64,000 bases of DNA from Gemmatimonadota bacterium (GTDB lineage: Bacteria > Gemmatimonadota > Gemmatimonadetes > Gemmatimonadales > GWC2-71-9), in assembly GCA_039588255.1 (NCBI GenBank), contig JBDHAF010000014.1, forward strand, positions 469 to 64,468. The letters run 5' to 3'. The translations under genes and the position numbers were made by a program. The notes under the pieces were generated by a model. The model made no database searches. It worked only from the letters and a program-made list of their open reading frames with translations, and was not told the origin of the DNA. Shown here one piece after another: positions 19,718-29,361 of this stretch (positions are counted from its first letter, which is position 1; each line of letters starts with the position of its first letter).

Positions 19718-20100
19718 GGCACGTCACTACGGGCTCCGCATGGCCGGGGTCCCTCGGCGCGCTGCGGTTCGCTCGTATATGCCAGATCCCAACATTTGGC
19801 CGAGGCTCACCAACGCGCGCTACGGGACCCCGGCCATGCTGCGCCCGTAGTGACGAGAGTCTCCTGGTAGCCGGATGGGGGAGCGGTGGCGGTGGGTTCC
19901 GCAGCGCACGTTGGTGAGCGGTGGGTCCCTGTTTGGTGACGTGGAGGCGCACGCGAACCGCAGGGCGCGAAGGAACCCACTGCCACGCGACCCCAGGGGC
20001 GACGGACGAGCAGGGCGGCGTGGCACGACGGCGGCTTCGCATGCCGGGGTCCCTCGGCGCGCTGCGGTTCGCTCGCAAGTGCAAGGTCCCAACATTCAGC
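19718..20100. repeat. cluster of GC-rich palindromic repeat units (REP/BIME- or MITE-like)
   Basis: There is a direct repeat of about 80 bp at 19718-19800 and 20022-20100, with the core ccggggtccctcggcgcgctgcggttcgctcg identical in both. There is also an imperfect palindrome of about 134 bp whose arms are 19722-19753 and 19824-19855. Further degenerate copies lie in both orientations at 19893-19977. Confidence 0.7.
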
Positions 20101-21025
20101 GCAGTCCTCGGACGCGGTTGTCGCGGATCTCGAGAACCTCGGGGCGCCCGCCGTAGTGGGCAGCCATGCCGACATCGATGCCCCAGACCCGGCCGCCACA
20201 GAAGGACGTCACGCCCGTGCGCTGAACCGTATGCCCCAACACCATTCGCTCCACCTCGAGGCGATCCAGCACCGAACTCAGCGTGTCGCATGCCTCGACG
20301 TTCGGCTCGTCAGAAAACAGTCGGGTCCAGACGGGGCTTCGGTCGCCTCGGATCCACGCGGGTTGCGGGGCCTCCCCACGGAGCCACGCTCGGATCTCCT
20401 CATTCATACGGTCCAGACCGCGGTCGACGTGCTCGGGTAGGATTCCACCATGCACGAAGAGGCTGTTCCCCACGATGACGACGGTATTTCGTTGGGCCAA
20501 GAGACGGGCGAACGGGCCACCGGGAACGAACGCCGCTGCCCTGGCTCTCTGATCCGGTTCCAGGGAAGCCCAGAGGGAGTCGGCTGCGTCGACCACTGCC
20601 ACGTCTTCGAAGTCGACGAAACCACCCGGTGTGACGTACCGAAAATCATGATACGCGTTCATCAGTTCGTGATTTCCGTTGAGTACGTGAACCGCCCCAC
20701 CCGCTTGTTCCGCTTCCTCCTGGAGTCGCTGGAACAGTCGGATCACAGCCTCCTCCTCGTCGCCCCGGTCAAGGATGTCACCGGTCTGGATTACGACGAG
20801 ATCGCCTCCGATCCACTGGTCATTTGCGTCGATGGCCCCTCCGAGGCGAAGGGCCAGCCGGGCGGCCTCCAGGTCCCCGTGCAGGTCTCCGATGGCGATA
20901 ATGCGCTCGGCGGCCCCAAACCGTGTCGCGAACGCTTCCTCGACGGGGGCGGTCTCCGTGCAAGCCGACAGAACCAGAGCAGCGAATGGGACGGTCAGGA
21001 CGGCGGTGACATGGTGGCAGTACAT
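20096..21025 (-). CDS. calcineurin-like metallophosphoesterase lipoprotein
   Basis: Lipobox LVLSAC. Carries the metallophosphoesterase motifs GDLHGD, GDILDRGD and LNGNHE. Confidence 0.8.
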   Translation of the reverse strand: MYCHHVTAVLTVPFAALVLSACTETAPVEEAFATRFGAAERIIAIGDLHGDLEAARLALRLGGAIDANDQWIGGDLVVIQTGDILDRGDEEEAVIRLFQRLQEEAEQAGGAVHVLNGNHELMNAYHDFRYVTPGGFVDFEDVAVVDAADSLWASLEPDQRARAAAFVPGGPFARLLAQRNTVVIVGNSLFVHGGILPEHVDRGLDRMNEEIRAWLRGEAPQPAWIRGDRSPVWTRLFSDEPNVEACDTLSSVLDRLEVERMVLGHTVQRTGVTSFCGGRVWGIDVGMAAHYGGRPEVLEIRDNRVRGLR

Positions 21026-21451
21026 CGATGGGTCCCTCGTAATGGTGGTGACCCGCGACTCTACAGGTATTGCACGAACCCGTGGAGATTGCCTGCAAGG
21101 AAGTGGGCGTGCAACCTCGCAACATCATCCGGCTCAGCTCCTACCCCCGTGCCATCATCAGGGGGGGCATGATGTACGCCGTCACGGTCGACGAGTTCGA
21201 TGTCCCGTTTGTGGTACGGGCGCGGCTGGGGTCCCCCAGTACGGTGGAGCGGGGACGGGCCCGGGAACTCGTGGGTGGCGGGTAAAGCCCCAGTCCACCG
21301 TTCCTCTCGCCAACCCGCATCTCGGGAACCTCCCGGGGCAATCCTGGCCCTCCCGATGGTCCGTCTCTAAGCTGTTGTCTCCCAATAAATTACGAAGTCA
21401 CAAGTCGTTGATTTTGGGTCTTCGATGAGGTAATTTTTAGGGACCGTTTTT

Positions 21452-21474
21452 CGGGGTCCGCGGCCCCGTTTTTT
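21452..21474 (+). terminator. terminator-like hairpin plus T6 tract in the gyrA leader
   Basis: Sequence cggggtc-cgc-ggccccg followed by tttttt, 25 nt upstream of the gyrA ATG. The upstream ggacc (21441-21445) can alternatively pair with ggtcc (21455-21459). Confidence 0.35.
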
Positions 21475-21498
21475 CAGGTTTTCAACCCTCAGGATCGC

Positions 21499-23991
21499 AT
21501 GACCTCACCCACCCAGCGCGAGCGCATTCTGCCCCGGCTCATCGAGGACGAGATGAAGGAGTCCTTCATCGACTACTCGATGAGCGTCATCGTTTCTCGC
21601 GCCCTCCCCGACGTCCGCGATGGGCTCAAGCCCGTGCACCGCCGCATTCTGTACGCCATGAACGAGCTGGGGCTCGTTCCGGGTCGACCCTACAAGAAGT
21701 CGGCCACCGTGGTGGGCGACGTGTTGGGTAAGTACCACCCCCATGGGGACTCGGCGGTTTACGACTCGATGGTTCGCATGGTTCAGGTCTTCTCCCTCCG
21801 CTACCCATTGGTGGACGGACAGGGGAATTTCGGTTCGGTCGACGGCGACAGCGCGGCGGCATACCGGTACACAGAGGCCCGCCTTACGGCGCTGGCCCTC
21901 CAGCTGCTGGAGGACATCGACAAAGACACCGTCGGTTTCACCCCCAACTTCGACGACCGCCTCGAGGAGCCCACGGTCCTGCCGTCGAGGCTTCCCAATC
22001 TCCTCATCAACGGCTCTGCGGGGATCGCGGTGGGCATGGCCACCAACATCCCGCCCCACAATCTGGCCGAGGTGGCCGATGCCGTCGTCCACCTGGTGGA
22101 CAATCCCAAGTGCGAGGTGTCGGACCTGCGGAAGTTCATCCTCGGCCCAGATTTCCCCACCGGCGGGATCATCTACGGCAGCGAAGGCATCAAGGAGTGC
22201 TACAGCACCGGTCGCGGCCGGATCTCGGTTCGGGCGCGGGCGGTGGTGGAGGAGAAGCAGGGGGGTCGGGAGCAAATCGTCGTCACGGAGATTCCCTTCC
22301 AGGTCAACAAGTCCCGTCTCATCGAGCTGATCGCCGATTTGGTGCGGGCCAAGAAGATCACGGACATCGCGGACCTCCGCGACGAGTCCGATCGGGATGG
22401 CATGCGTGTGGTCATCGAGCTGAAGCGCGACGCCAACCCGTCGGTTGTGCTGAATCAGCTCTACAAGCGGACGCAGATGCAGATCACGTTCGGCGCCATC
22501 ATGCTCGCGCTGGTCGACGGCCAGCCGCGGACGCTGAACCTCAAGGAGGTACTGCAGCCGTTCATCGACCACCGGCACGAGGTGATCACGCGCCGGACCC
22601 AGTTCGATCTGGATGGGGCGGAGGCACGTGAGCACATCCTGGAAGGCTTGAAGATCGCCGTCGACAACATCGACCAGGTCATCAAGGTCATTCGGGGGTC
22701 GAAGGATACGGCCACCGCGGACAAGGCCTTGCAGGACCGGTTCGAGCTGTCGGAGAGGCAGAGCGAGGCGATCCTCAATATGCGGTTGGCCCGCCTTACG
22801 GCTCTCGAGATCGACAAGCTCGAAGGGGAGCTTAAAGAAATCCGGGCACTCATCAAGAACCTCAAGGGCATCCTCGCGTCGAAGCCGAAGCGCATGAAGA
22901 TCCTCAAGGATGAGCTCGAGGAGATGGTGAAGAAGTTTGGCGATGACCGCCGCACCGAAATCGTCGCCGATCAGGGCGACTTCACGGTGGAGGACCTCAT
23001 TGCCGAAGAGGACATGGTGATCACCATTTCCCGCTCGGGCTACATCAAACGAATCCCGGTGTCGACCTATCGTCGGCAGCGCCGCGGTGGGCGGGGCCTC
23101 AACGGCATGGGCACCAAAGAGGACGATTGGGTGGAGCACTTGTTTGTCGCCTCGACGCACGACTACGTGCTGTTCTTCACCGCCGACGGACGGGTGTACT
23201 GGCTCAAGGTGTACGACATCCCACAGGCCGGTCGAGCGGCCCGGGGACGGCCCATCGTGAACCTGATCGGGCTTCGGTCCACCGAGCGGATAGCCGGTTT
23301 CCAGGCCGTTCGTGGGTTCTCCGATTCCGAGTGCCTCGTGTTCGCCACGAGTAAAGGTATCGTGAAGAAGACGGTGCTCTCGGCGTACGGTAATCCTCGG
23401 GCCACCGGCATCAACGCGATCAAAATCGACGCAGACGACGAGCTCATCGACGTCCTGATCACCGACGGGAGCAATGACATCGTCCTGGCGACGAGGCACG
23501 GCATGAGCATTCGGTTCAACGAGAAGGACGTGCGGGAGATGGGCCGCACGGCGACCGGCGTGCGGGGCATTCAACTCGAGGGAGACGATCGCGTCATCGG
23601 CATGGTCGTCCTGCGCCGTGATGCGACGCTGCTGGTGGTGAGTGAATACGGCATGGGCAAGCGATCCAAGGTTGTCGACTATCGGGTCCAGAAGCGGGGC
23701 GGAAAGGGGATCATCACCTTGAAACGCACCGAAAAGACCGGGGCGATCGTGGCGTTGAAGGAGGTCCTGCCCCAGGACGAGCTCATGATGATCACCCGGC
23801 ACGGTGTGATCATCCGCGTGCCGGTAGACGGCATTCGCGTCATCGGACGAAACACCCAGGGCGTCAAGGTCATGGCTCTCGACGAGGGTGACACGGTGGT
23901 CGACGTGGCCCGGGTGGTGAATGAAGACGAGGAGTCCGAAGAGGTCACGGTGGTCTCCGAGGGCCGGGATCAGCGCGAGTTGGATGTCTAG
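21499..23991 (+). CDS. gyrA: DNA gyrase subunit A
   Basis: 830 aa. Contains [24 protein letters not shown], the active-site region [10 protein letters not shown], the QRDR-like [10 protein letters not shown], and C-terminal beta-pinwheel repeats. Confidence 0.97.
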   Translation: MTSPTQRERILPRLIEDEMKESFIDYSMSVIVSRALPDVRDGLKPVHRRILYAMNELGLVPGRPYKKSATVVGDVLGKYHPHGDSAVYDSMVRMVQVFSLRYPLVDGQGNFGSVDGDSAAAYRYTEARLTALALQLLEDIDKDTVGFTPNFDDRLEEPTVLPSRLPNLLINGSAGIAVGMATNIPPHNLAEVADAVVHLVDNPKCEVSDLRKFILGPDFPTGGIIYGSEGIKECYSTGRGRISVRARAVVEEKQGGREQIVVTEIPFQVNKSRLIELIADLVRAKKITDIADLRDESDRDGMRVVIELKRDANPSVVLNQLYKRTQMQITFGAIMLALVDGQPRTLNLKEVLQPFIDHRHEVITRRTQFDLDGAEAREHILEGLKIAVDNIDQVIKVIRGSKDTATADKALQDRFELSERQSEAILNMRLARLTALEIDKLEGELKEIRALIKNLKGILASKPKRMKILKDELEEMVKKFGDDRRTEIVADQGDFTVEDLIAEEDMVITISRSGYIKRIPVSTYRRQRRGGRGLNGMGTKEDDWVEHLFVASTHDYVLFFTADGRVYWLKVYDIPQAGRAARGRPIVNLIGLRSTERIAGFQAVRGFSDSECLVFATSKGIVKKTVLSAYGNPRATGINAIKIDADDELIDVLITDGSNDIVLATRHGMSIRFNEKDVREMGRTATGVRGIQLEGDDRVIGMVVLRRDATLLVVSEYGMGKRSKVVDYRVQKRGGKGIITLKRTEKTGAIVALKEVLPQDELMMITRHGVIIRVPVDGIRVIGRNTQGVKVMALDEGDTVVDVARVVNEDEESEEVTVVSEGRDQRELDV

Positions 23992-24012
23992 CGCCTGGAG
24001 CGCCGCTTCCGG

Positions 24013-25065
24013 GTGTGCCGGACCGGTTGCGGGCGCGGTCGGTCTATCCTACTTTCGCGAACCCCTAACCACATCCGCGTCTTTGTGAACACCGCCCCAG
24101 AGTCCGCCGTCGCCCGCGTCTCCGTCGATGACATTCGAGAGGCCGCTCGGGGTGTTGAGGGGGTGGCGGTCCGCACCTCACTACGGGAGATCGGTCCCCT
24201 GTCCGCTCTTGCCGGACACCCAGTGTATCTCAAGTTCGAAAACGAACAGCCTTCCGGCGCCTTCAAGCTGCGCGGCGCCTGGACTGCCGTCAGGAGGCTC
24301 CCGGAGGAGCGCCGGCAGGCTGGCGTGATCACCTATTCCAGTGGCAACCACGGACAGGCCGTTGCGTTTGCGGCGCACCGCTTGGGGCTAAGGGCGGTCA
24401 TCGTCATGCCGGAGACCGCGCCCCAGGCCAAGGTGGACGGCGTACGCCGCTGGGGCGGTGAGATCGTGCTGGCCGGAACCACATCGGAGGATCGACTGGC
24501 GAAGGCCAACGAGATTGTCGCCGCCGAGGGCCTCGTGATGATCCCCCCCTTCGACCACCCGGACATCATCGCGGGGCAGGGCACGGTCGGCCTCGAGATC
24601 GTAGAGGATCTCCCCGACGTCGCCCACGTGGCCGTCCCTGTGGGTGGAGGCGGCCTCTGTGCCGGGATCTCGACGGCGGTGGGGGCCCTGAGGCCCGAGG
24701 CCACGATCACTGCTGTGGAGCCGGAGGGCGCCGCCGGGTACGGGGCAGCCCTTGCCGCCGGTGAGCCGGTCCGGCTCGAGAGCACCCGGAGCGTCGCCGA
24801 TGGACTTCTCCCGCTTTCCGTAGGCCATCTCACGTTCGAACACATGAAGGACCGGGCCCTGTCCCTCACCGTGCCGGACGCCGCCATCGTCGAAGCGACC
24901 CAGTGGCTCCACGCCGAGTTGGACCTGGTGATAGAGCCCTCTGGGGCCGCCACGACGGCCGCGCTCCGGAGCGGCGCGCTGCGCTGCGACGGTCCCACGG
25001 TTCTGGTCGTCAGCGGCGGTAACATCGATCCGGCAATGATCCCCACCCTCCAGGCCGTGTCGTAG
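24013..25065 (+). CDS. PLP-dependent serine/threonine dehydratase family enzyme
   Basis: Contains the PLP-lysine motif SGAFKLRGA, SSGNHGQAVA and the Gly-rich loop VPVGGGGL. The track start at 24013 is a GTG. An in-frame GTG at 24085 (VNTAPES...) is an equally plausible start. Confidence 0.85.
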   Translation: MCRTGCGRGRSILLSRTPNHIRVFVNTAPESAVARVSVDDIREAARGVEGVAVRTSLREIGPLSALAGHPVYLKFENEQPSGAFKLRGAWTAVRRLPEERRQAGVITYSSGNHGQAVAFAAHRLGLRAVIVMPETAPQAKVDGVRRWGGEIVLAGTTSEDRLAKANEIVAAEGLVMIPPFDHPDIIAGQGTVGLEIVEDLPDVAHVAVPVGGGGLCAGISTAVGALRPEATITAVEPEGAAGYGAALAAGEPVRLESTRSVADGLLPLSVGHLTFEHMKDRALSLTVPDAAIVEATQWLHAELDLVIEPSGAATTAALRSGALRCDGPTVLVVSGGNIDPAMIPTLQAVS

Positions 25066-25072
25066 CGCCCAT

Positions 25073-26497
25073 ATGGGAGCCAAGATCTTTGTCGTCGACG
25101 ACGACGAGGCACTGCTTCAGACCCTCGGCTGGATTCTCAAGGACAAGGGATACGACGTCGTCCCGCTGCCCACCGGGGGTGACCTGTTGGAGCGCATCGA
25201 AGTGGAGTTCCCCGACCTGGTCTTGTTGGACATCATGATGCCCAAGATCGACGGTCTGGAAATCCTGGAGCAGGTCAAGTCAGAGGAGAAGTGGAAGGAC
25301 CTGCCGATCCTCATGCTCTCCTCGATGCCCCCTGAAGAGGCTACGGTGCGGGCACTGGGCCTCGGAGCCACGGATTACATCGCCAAGCCGTTTCGGGTGC
25401 GGGAATTGCTGGCGCGAATCGACGCCCGGCTGAAGGAGGCCAAGGAGCTCAAACGGGTTCGTGAGGAGGCGCGGTCCCGGGCCGAGATGGTCGATATCCT
25501 CCACGAGGTCACCGACTCCCTCAAGCCCGACGAGATCTACCACATTCTGACGAGGCGGGTGGCTCGGGCTCTGCAATTGTCGAAGTGCTCCATGGTCTCG
25601 TCGCAACCCGGGTCGAACTCGGGTGTCGTCGTGGCCGCGGCGGAGAACCCGATGCTCCGGAATCTGGAGATCTCCCTGGACAAATACCCGGAGCTCAAGG
25701 AGGCACTGAACACTCAACGGGTGGTCATGGTGGAGGACGTGCACACCGATCCGCTCTACGAGAACGTGCGCCGCGAGTGGGAGCGAGACGGGGTGCGCGT
25801 GCCCACACGGTCGTCCATCGTGTTACCATTCTCCCTCCGGGGGGAAGCAGCGGGCGTGTTCTTCCTTCGGACGACTGTGGACGACGAGCCGCTGACTCCT
25901 CATGACGCCTCATTCGCCGAAGCCGTGATCAAGGCCGCGATCAACGCGGTCGAGCGGGCCTACGACCTCGAAGCGGCCAAGTCGGACCGTGAGCGGTTCC
26001 AAATGATGGCGAACACCGACCCCCTCACCGGGTGTGTCAACCGTCGGGCCATGCTGGATCGCTTGGAGAAAGAACTCGCCCGGGCTCGCCGGTATCGGCA
26101 CCAGCTGACGGTGTTGATGATCGACATCGATTGGTTCAAGGATATCAACGATACGCGAGGCCACTTGGTCGGCGACTCGGTTCTCCGGAAGTTGGGCGAC
26201 ATTCTCCGTCAGGAAGCCAGGCAGGTAGACATTGTTGCACGCTATGGCGGTGAGGAGTTCACGGTCATCTTGCCCGATACGGATCTCGAAGGTGGCACGA
26301 CGTTCGCCGAGCGGCTCCGTGATCGAGTTGCCAAGTACGACTTCGCCGAGGTGGGGGACGCGCTTCACGCGACCGTGTCGATTGGCGTGGCGACATTCAC
26401 CGAGAATGAAGAGATGAAGGCTGAAGCCATTGTCGAACGCTCGGATGCAGCCCTCTATCGCGCAAAGCAAGCCGGGCGCAACAAGGTGCATCAATGA
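25073..26497 (+). CDS. response-regulator diguanylate cyclase (REC-GAF-GGDEF)
   Basis: REC domain with DDDE and the LLDIMMP acceptor Asp. The central region is GAF-like. The GGDEF domain has the active site GGEEF with an RxxD I-site (RQVD) five residues upstream. Confidence 0.9.
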   Translation: MGAKIFVVDDDEALLQTLGWILKDKGYDVVPLPTGGDLLERIEVEFPDLVLLDIMMPKIDGLEILEQVKSEEKWKDLPILMLSSMPPEEATVRALGLGATDYIAKPFRVRELLARIDARLKEAKELKRVREEARSRAEMVDILHEVTDSLKPDEIYHILTRRVARALQLSKCSMVSSQPGSNSGVVVAAAENPMLRNLEISLDKYPELKEALNTQRVVMVEDVHTDPLYENVRREWERDGVRVPTRSSIVLPFSLRGEAAGVFFLRTTVDDEPLTPHDASFAEAVIKAAINAVERAYDLEAAKSDRERFQMMANTDPLTGCVNRRAMLDRLEKELARARRYRHQLTVLMIDIDWFKDINDTRGHLVGDSVLRKLGDILRQEARQVDIVARYGGEEFTVILPDTDLEGGTTFAERLRDRVAKYDFAEVGDALHATVSIGVATFTENEEMKAEAIVERSDAALYRAKQAGRNKVHQ

Positions 26498-27528
26498 GAC
26501 GCCGGTGCACGCGGTGCCAAACAGTCTACGAGGGTGATGCGCGGTTCTGCCCACGGGACGGCAGTCCCCTCGTCGATATCGGGGGCGCCACCCCGGCGAA
26601 GAAGCCGGAGAAGAGAGACCCGAATGTCTCGGGGACCCTGGTGAGAGCGGCGGTGAAGCGAAAGAGCGGACCGCGGGTGGACGAAGCGGCGACGCTCAAG
26701 GACCAGATCATCGACGGCCGGTACCAGGTCATGCGGCGATTGGGCGAGGGTGGGATGGCGTATGTGTACGAGGCGCGAGAGCTGAACACCGGCAATTCGG
26801 TGGCGGTGAAAGTCCTCACACCCAAGCTGCTCGCGGACGACACGGCCATGCAGCGGCTGCGGCGAGAGGCCGGCCTCGCCATGCGGCTGAACCATCCCAA
26901 CGTGTGTAACATCCTCCGTCTCGGCGAGACGGAGAGCGGCCTGATCTACCTGGTGATGCCGTACCTCAAGGGTGAGCTCCTCTCGGATCGAGAGGCCCGC
27001 GACGGGCCCATGGCGCTGGACGTGGCGATCCCATTACTGGTGCAAATGTGTGAGGGCCTCCACCATGCTCACGGACTCCACATCGTGCACCGTGACCTGA
27101 AGCCGGAGAACGTCATGATCGTCAAAGACGGCGAGAGCCAGCGCGCCGTCGTCATGGATTTCGGCCTGGCTAAGGCACGCGGCTCGGCGGCCATGAAGAA
27201 GCTCACCGCAACTGGGATCGTACTAGGCACACCCGAGTTCATGAGTCCGGAGCAAGTGCGGGGCAAAGACATCGATGCCCGGTCCGATGTGTACTCCCTC
27301 GGCATCCTGGCGTTCGAGATGTTCACGGGCAAGTTGCCCTTCGAGGGCCGCTCGGCGCAGGAGATGATGATCGCACGTCTTCGCGGCAACCCGACGCCGA
27401 TTCGCCAGCACCGTCCCGATCTCCCGGCGCAATTAGAGACGATACTGAACAAGTCGATGGAATCCGGACCGGACAACCGGTACGCCACCACGAAGGAATT
27501 TGGCGCCGCGTTGCGCGGCCTCCTCTAG
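26494..27528 (+). CDS. Ser/Thr protein kinase with N-terminal zinc ribbon
   Basis: Contains RCTRCQTVYEGDARFCPRDG, then the Hanks kinase motifs VAVKVL, HRDLKPEN, DFG and SPE. Its ATG overlaps the stop of the cyclase gene (ATGA). Confidence 0.9.
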   Translation: MRRRCTRCQTVYEGDARFCPRDGSPLVDIGGATPAKKPEKRDPNVSGTLVRAAVKRKSGPRVDEAATLKDQIIDGRYQVMRRLGEGGMAYVYEARELNTGNSVAVKVLTPKLLADDTAMQRLRREAGLAMRLNHPNVCNILRLGETESGLIYLVMPYLKGELLSDREARDGPMALDVAIPLLVQMCEGLHHAHGLHIVHRDLKPENVMIVKDGESQRAVVMDFGLAKARGSAAMKKLTATGIVLGTPEFMSPEQVRGKDIDARSDVYSLGILAFEMFTGKLPFEGRSAQEMMIARLRGNPTPIRQHRPDLPAQLETILNKSMESGPDNRYATTKEFGAALRGLL

Positions 27529-27565
27529 TACCCCGTTTCCCGTGTCGAAAGCCTGAGGATCACAC

Positions 27566-28366
27566 GTGCGGTGGTGGTGTTCGTCGCAGAGTGTCGCGTG
27601 GGATTGGACCTGGCGCCCCTACCTGGGCGTTTGGTTGTTCATCGTGGTCGTTGCGGTCGCGTACGGGCTCCACATGCGGCGGATCTCCGCAACGGATCGC
27701 AGATATCGCGTATTGCTTTTCGGCAGCGGCCTCGCGGTGCTGTGGGGCGCACTCGACTGGCCTTTGGGGGCTCTCGGCGCCTCCTACCTCGCAAGCGTCC
27801 ACGTACTGCAGTTTCTGCTGATTGCCTTGGTGGCGCCTCCGTTGCTTCTGGCCGGTGTCCCACGTACGTCCTACGAGGCTCTACGGAGCCGACCAAGACT
27901 GTACCGGTTTGTGGAGGCCGCAACACAACCCCTCGTCGCCTTGTTCGTGTTCAACGTGGTGATGACGCTGGGCCATTGGCCCTCGGTGGTGGACCTCCTC
28001 ATGGCCTCTCAATTGGGTGCATTTATCCTCGACGTCGCGTGGCTGGCGAGCGGGCTGGTTTTCTGGTGGTCTGTTGTGGTCCCTGTGCCGGAGAGGCCGA
28101 GGTTCTCCTTCCTGCCGCGCATCGGGTATCTCGGACTCAACGGGCTCCTCATCCGTCCACCCTCCGTCATCATGCTCTATGCGAAGTTCCCGGTGTACGC
28201 CCTTTACGAGCTGGCGCCGCCTATTCCCGGCACGTCGGCCATCGACGACCAGCAGTTGGCAGGCGTGGTCATGAAGGTCGGGAGCGCGTGGATAATGATG
28301 GTGGGAATCGGTGTGCTGTTCTACCTGTGGCACCGGGAGAGTTTGGCGGCGAGAAGTGCGGCGTGA
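27566..28366 (+). CDS. polytopic membrane protein resembling the caa3-type cytochrome oxidase assembly factor CtaG
   Basis: 266 aa with a GTG start and about 7 predicted TM helices. The Trp-rich N-terminus (WDWTWRPYLGVW) is typical of the family as I remember it. This is a family call from memory only. Confidence 0.55.
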   Translation: MRWWCSSQSVAWDWTWRPYLGVWLFIVVVAVAYGLHMRRISATDRRYRVLLFGSGLAVLWGALDWPLGALGASYLASVHVLQFLLIALVAPPLLLAGVPRTSYEALRSRPRLYRFVEAATQPLVALFVFNVVMTLGHWPSVVDLLMASQLGAFILDVAWLASGLVFWWSVVVPVPERPRFSFLPRIGYLGLNGLLIRPPSVIMLYAKFPVYALYELAPPIPGTSAIDDQQLAGVVMKVGSAWIMMVGIGVLFYLWHRESLAARSAA

Positions 28367-28405
28367 GGCGACTCGCCTCACCCTCTTACTTCTCGCCACC
28401 CACTT

Positions 28406-29296
28406 CTATGTCTCGGGTCTTTCGAAGAGCGACTGGTCGATCTCAGGATTGACAACGAAGTCCGACACTATCAGGGCCTTGGTGCGCTTTCCCGACGCCG
28501 TGATCCAATCTCTCCGTACCACCACGGGGTATCCCAGTTCGCCTGCCCGCTCGGTGCTGCCCCACACGACGCGGTTGATGTCCTCGCGACCTTCCTCGAT
28601 GTACGTGACCTCCGTAGGGAAACCCTCACCCGGCTCGAAGTAATACTGCCAGGTGTCCTGGTGGTCGCCGATCCCCTCGCCGAACGTGACGCCCACAGCG
28701 TGATACTCCGCGGCGCCCGCAACCGCCTCCGTCGCGGGATCCTCCCGCAGCTCGGTCCCGGGGCGGGACGACTGGCCCCGGTAGTGGAGAAACACGCCGT
28801 TGTCGCGGAGCTTGTAAGGCAGACCTGGCCAATAGGACACATCGCCGGTGACGTAGCGTGTCTCGCGCCAGTCCTTGGCCGTATCGGGGAGAAATGCACC
28901 GTTCAAGGTGGCCCACTCGTCGCGGCCGTTGAATCCCTGCACGATGAAATCGTTGCCCTCCCAGCGCTCGATACGCGCCTCGAGGCCGTAAGGGCCCTTT
29001 TTGATCCACGCGTATCGGGGACGAGCCCGCTTGACACGCCCCGAGAGGGTATCGTAGATGACCGTCGTGATGGTGTAGGACGCAGACCGGAATGCTTCGT
29101 ACGTCGCCATCCCACCCAGCGAGTCGATCCACAGGCCCATCAGGGAATCGGCGATGACCTCAGGGGGCGAGTCAGAGGCGAAGTCTGCGGTGGGAGCCCC
29201 TCCGTCCGTGTTGCACGCTGCCACGGCCGAGGCCAAGATCACCCCGGCGACCGAACCGCTGACGCTCTTGACGGCTCGACGAGCCAATCTCATCAT
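28406..29296 (-). CDS. hypothetical lipoprotein
   Basis: 296 aa with lipobox ASAVAAC. No recognisable catalytic motif. Confidence 0.55.
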   Translation of the reverse strand: MMRLARRAVKSVSGSVAGVILASAVAACNTDGGAPTADFASDSPPEVIADSLMGLWIDSLGGMATYEAFRSASYTITTVIYDTLSGRVKRARPRYAWIKKGPYGLEARIERWEGNDFIVQGFNGRDEWATLNGAFLPDTAKDWRETRYVTGDVSYWPGLPYKLRDNGVFLHYRGQSSRPGTELREDPATEAVAGAAEYHAVGVTFGEGIGDHQDTWQYYFEPGEGFPTEVTYIEEGREDINRVVWGSTERAGELGYPVVVRRDWITASGKRTKALIVSDFVVNPEIDQSLFERPET

Positions 29297-29361
29297 CTTG
29301 CTCCTACATTAGCGCTGCTGGATATTGAGCCGAAATCTAACAGAGATGTAACTGCCAAACC

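Noticed and set aside
19605-20478. ORFs crossing the repeat cluster (19605-20291, 19807-20199, 19921-20478 and others).
   Set aside because: They run through repeated palindromic DNA and into the opposite strand of flanking genes. They have Arg/Pro-rich composition and no coding signature.
21070-21285. 71-aa plus-strand ORF in the long spacer upstream of gyrA.
   Set aside because: It has no recognisable family, no convincing SD and an unremarkable composition. I kept it only as a possibility under the gyrA-leader finding.
21505-23802. 765-aa ORF antisense to gyrA. Similar giant antisense ORFs include 42010-44493 opposite leuS, 49328-51670 opposite the molybdoenzyme genes, 11253-12833, 14946-16523, 17597-19129, 40802-41998, 55877-57208, 57299-58576, 29293-30402 and 38895-40151.
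   Set aside because: Their translations are Arg/Pro/Gly/His-rich low-complexity sequences with no motifs. They lie opposite genes with unambiguous family signatures. Long stop-free antisense frames are expected in GC-rich DNA.
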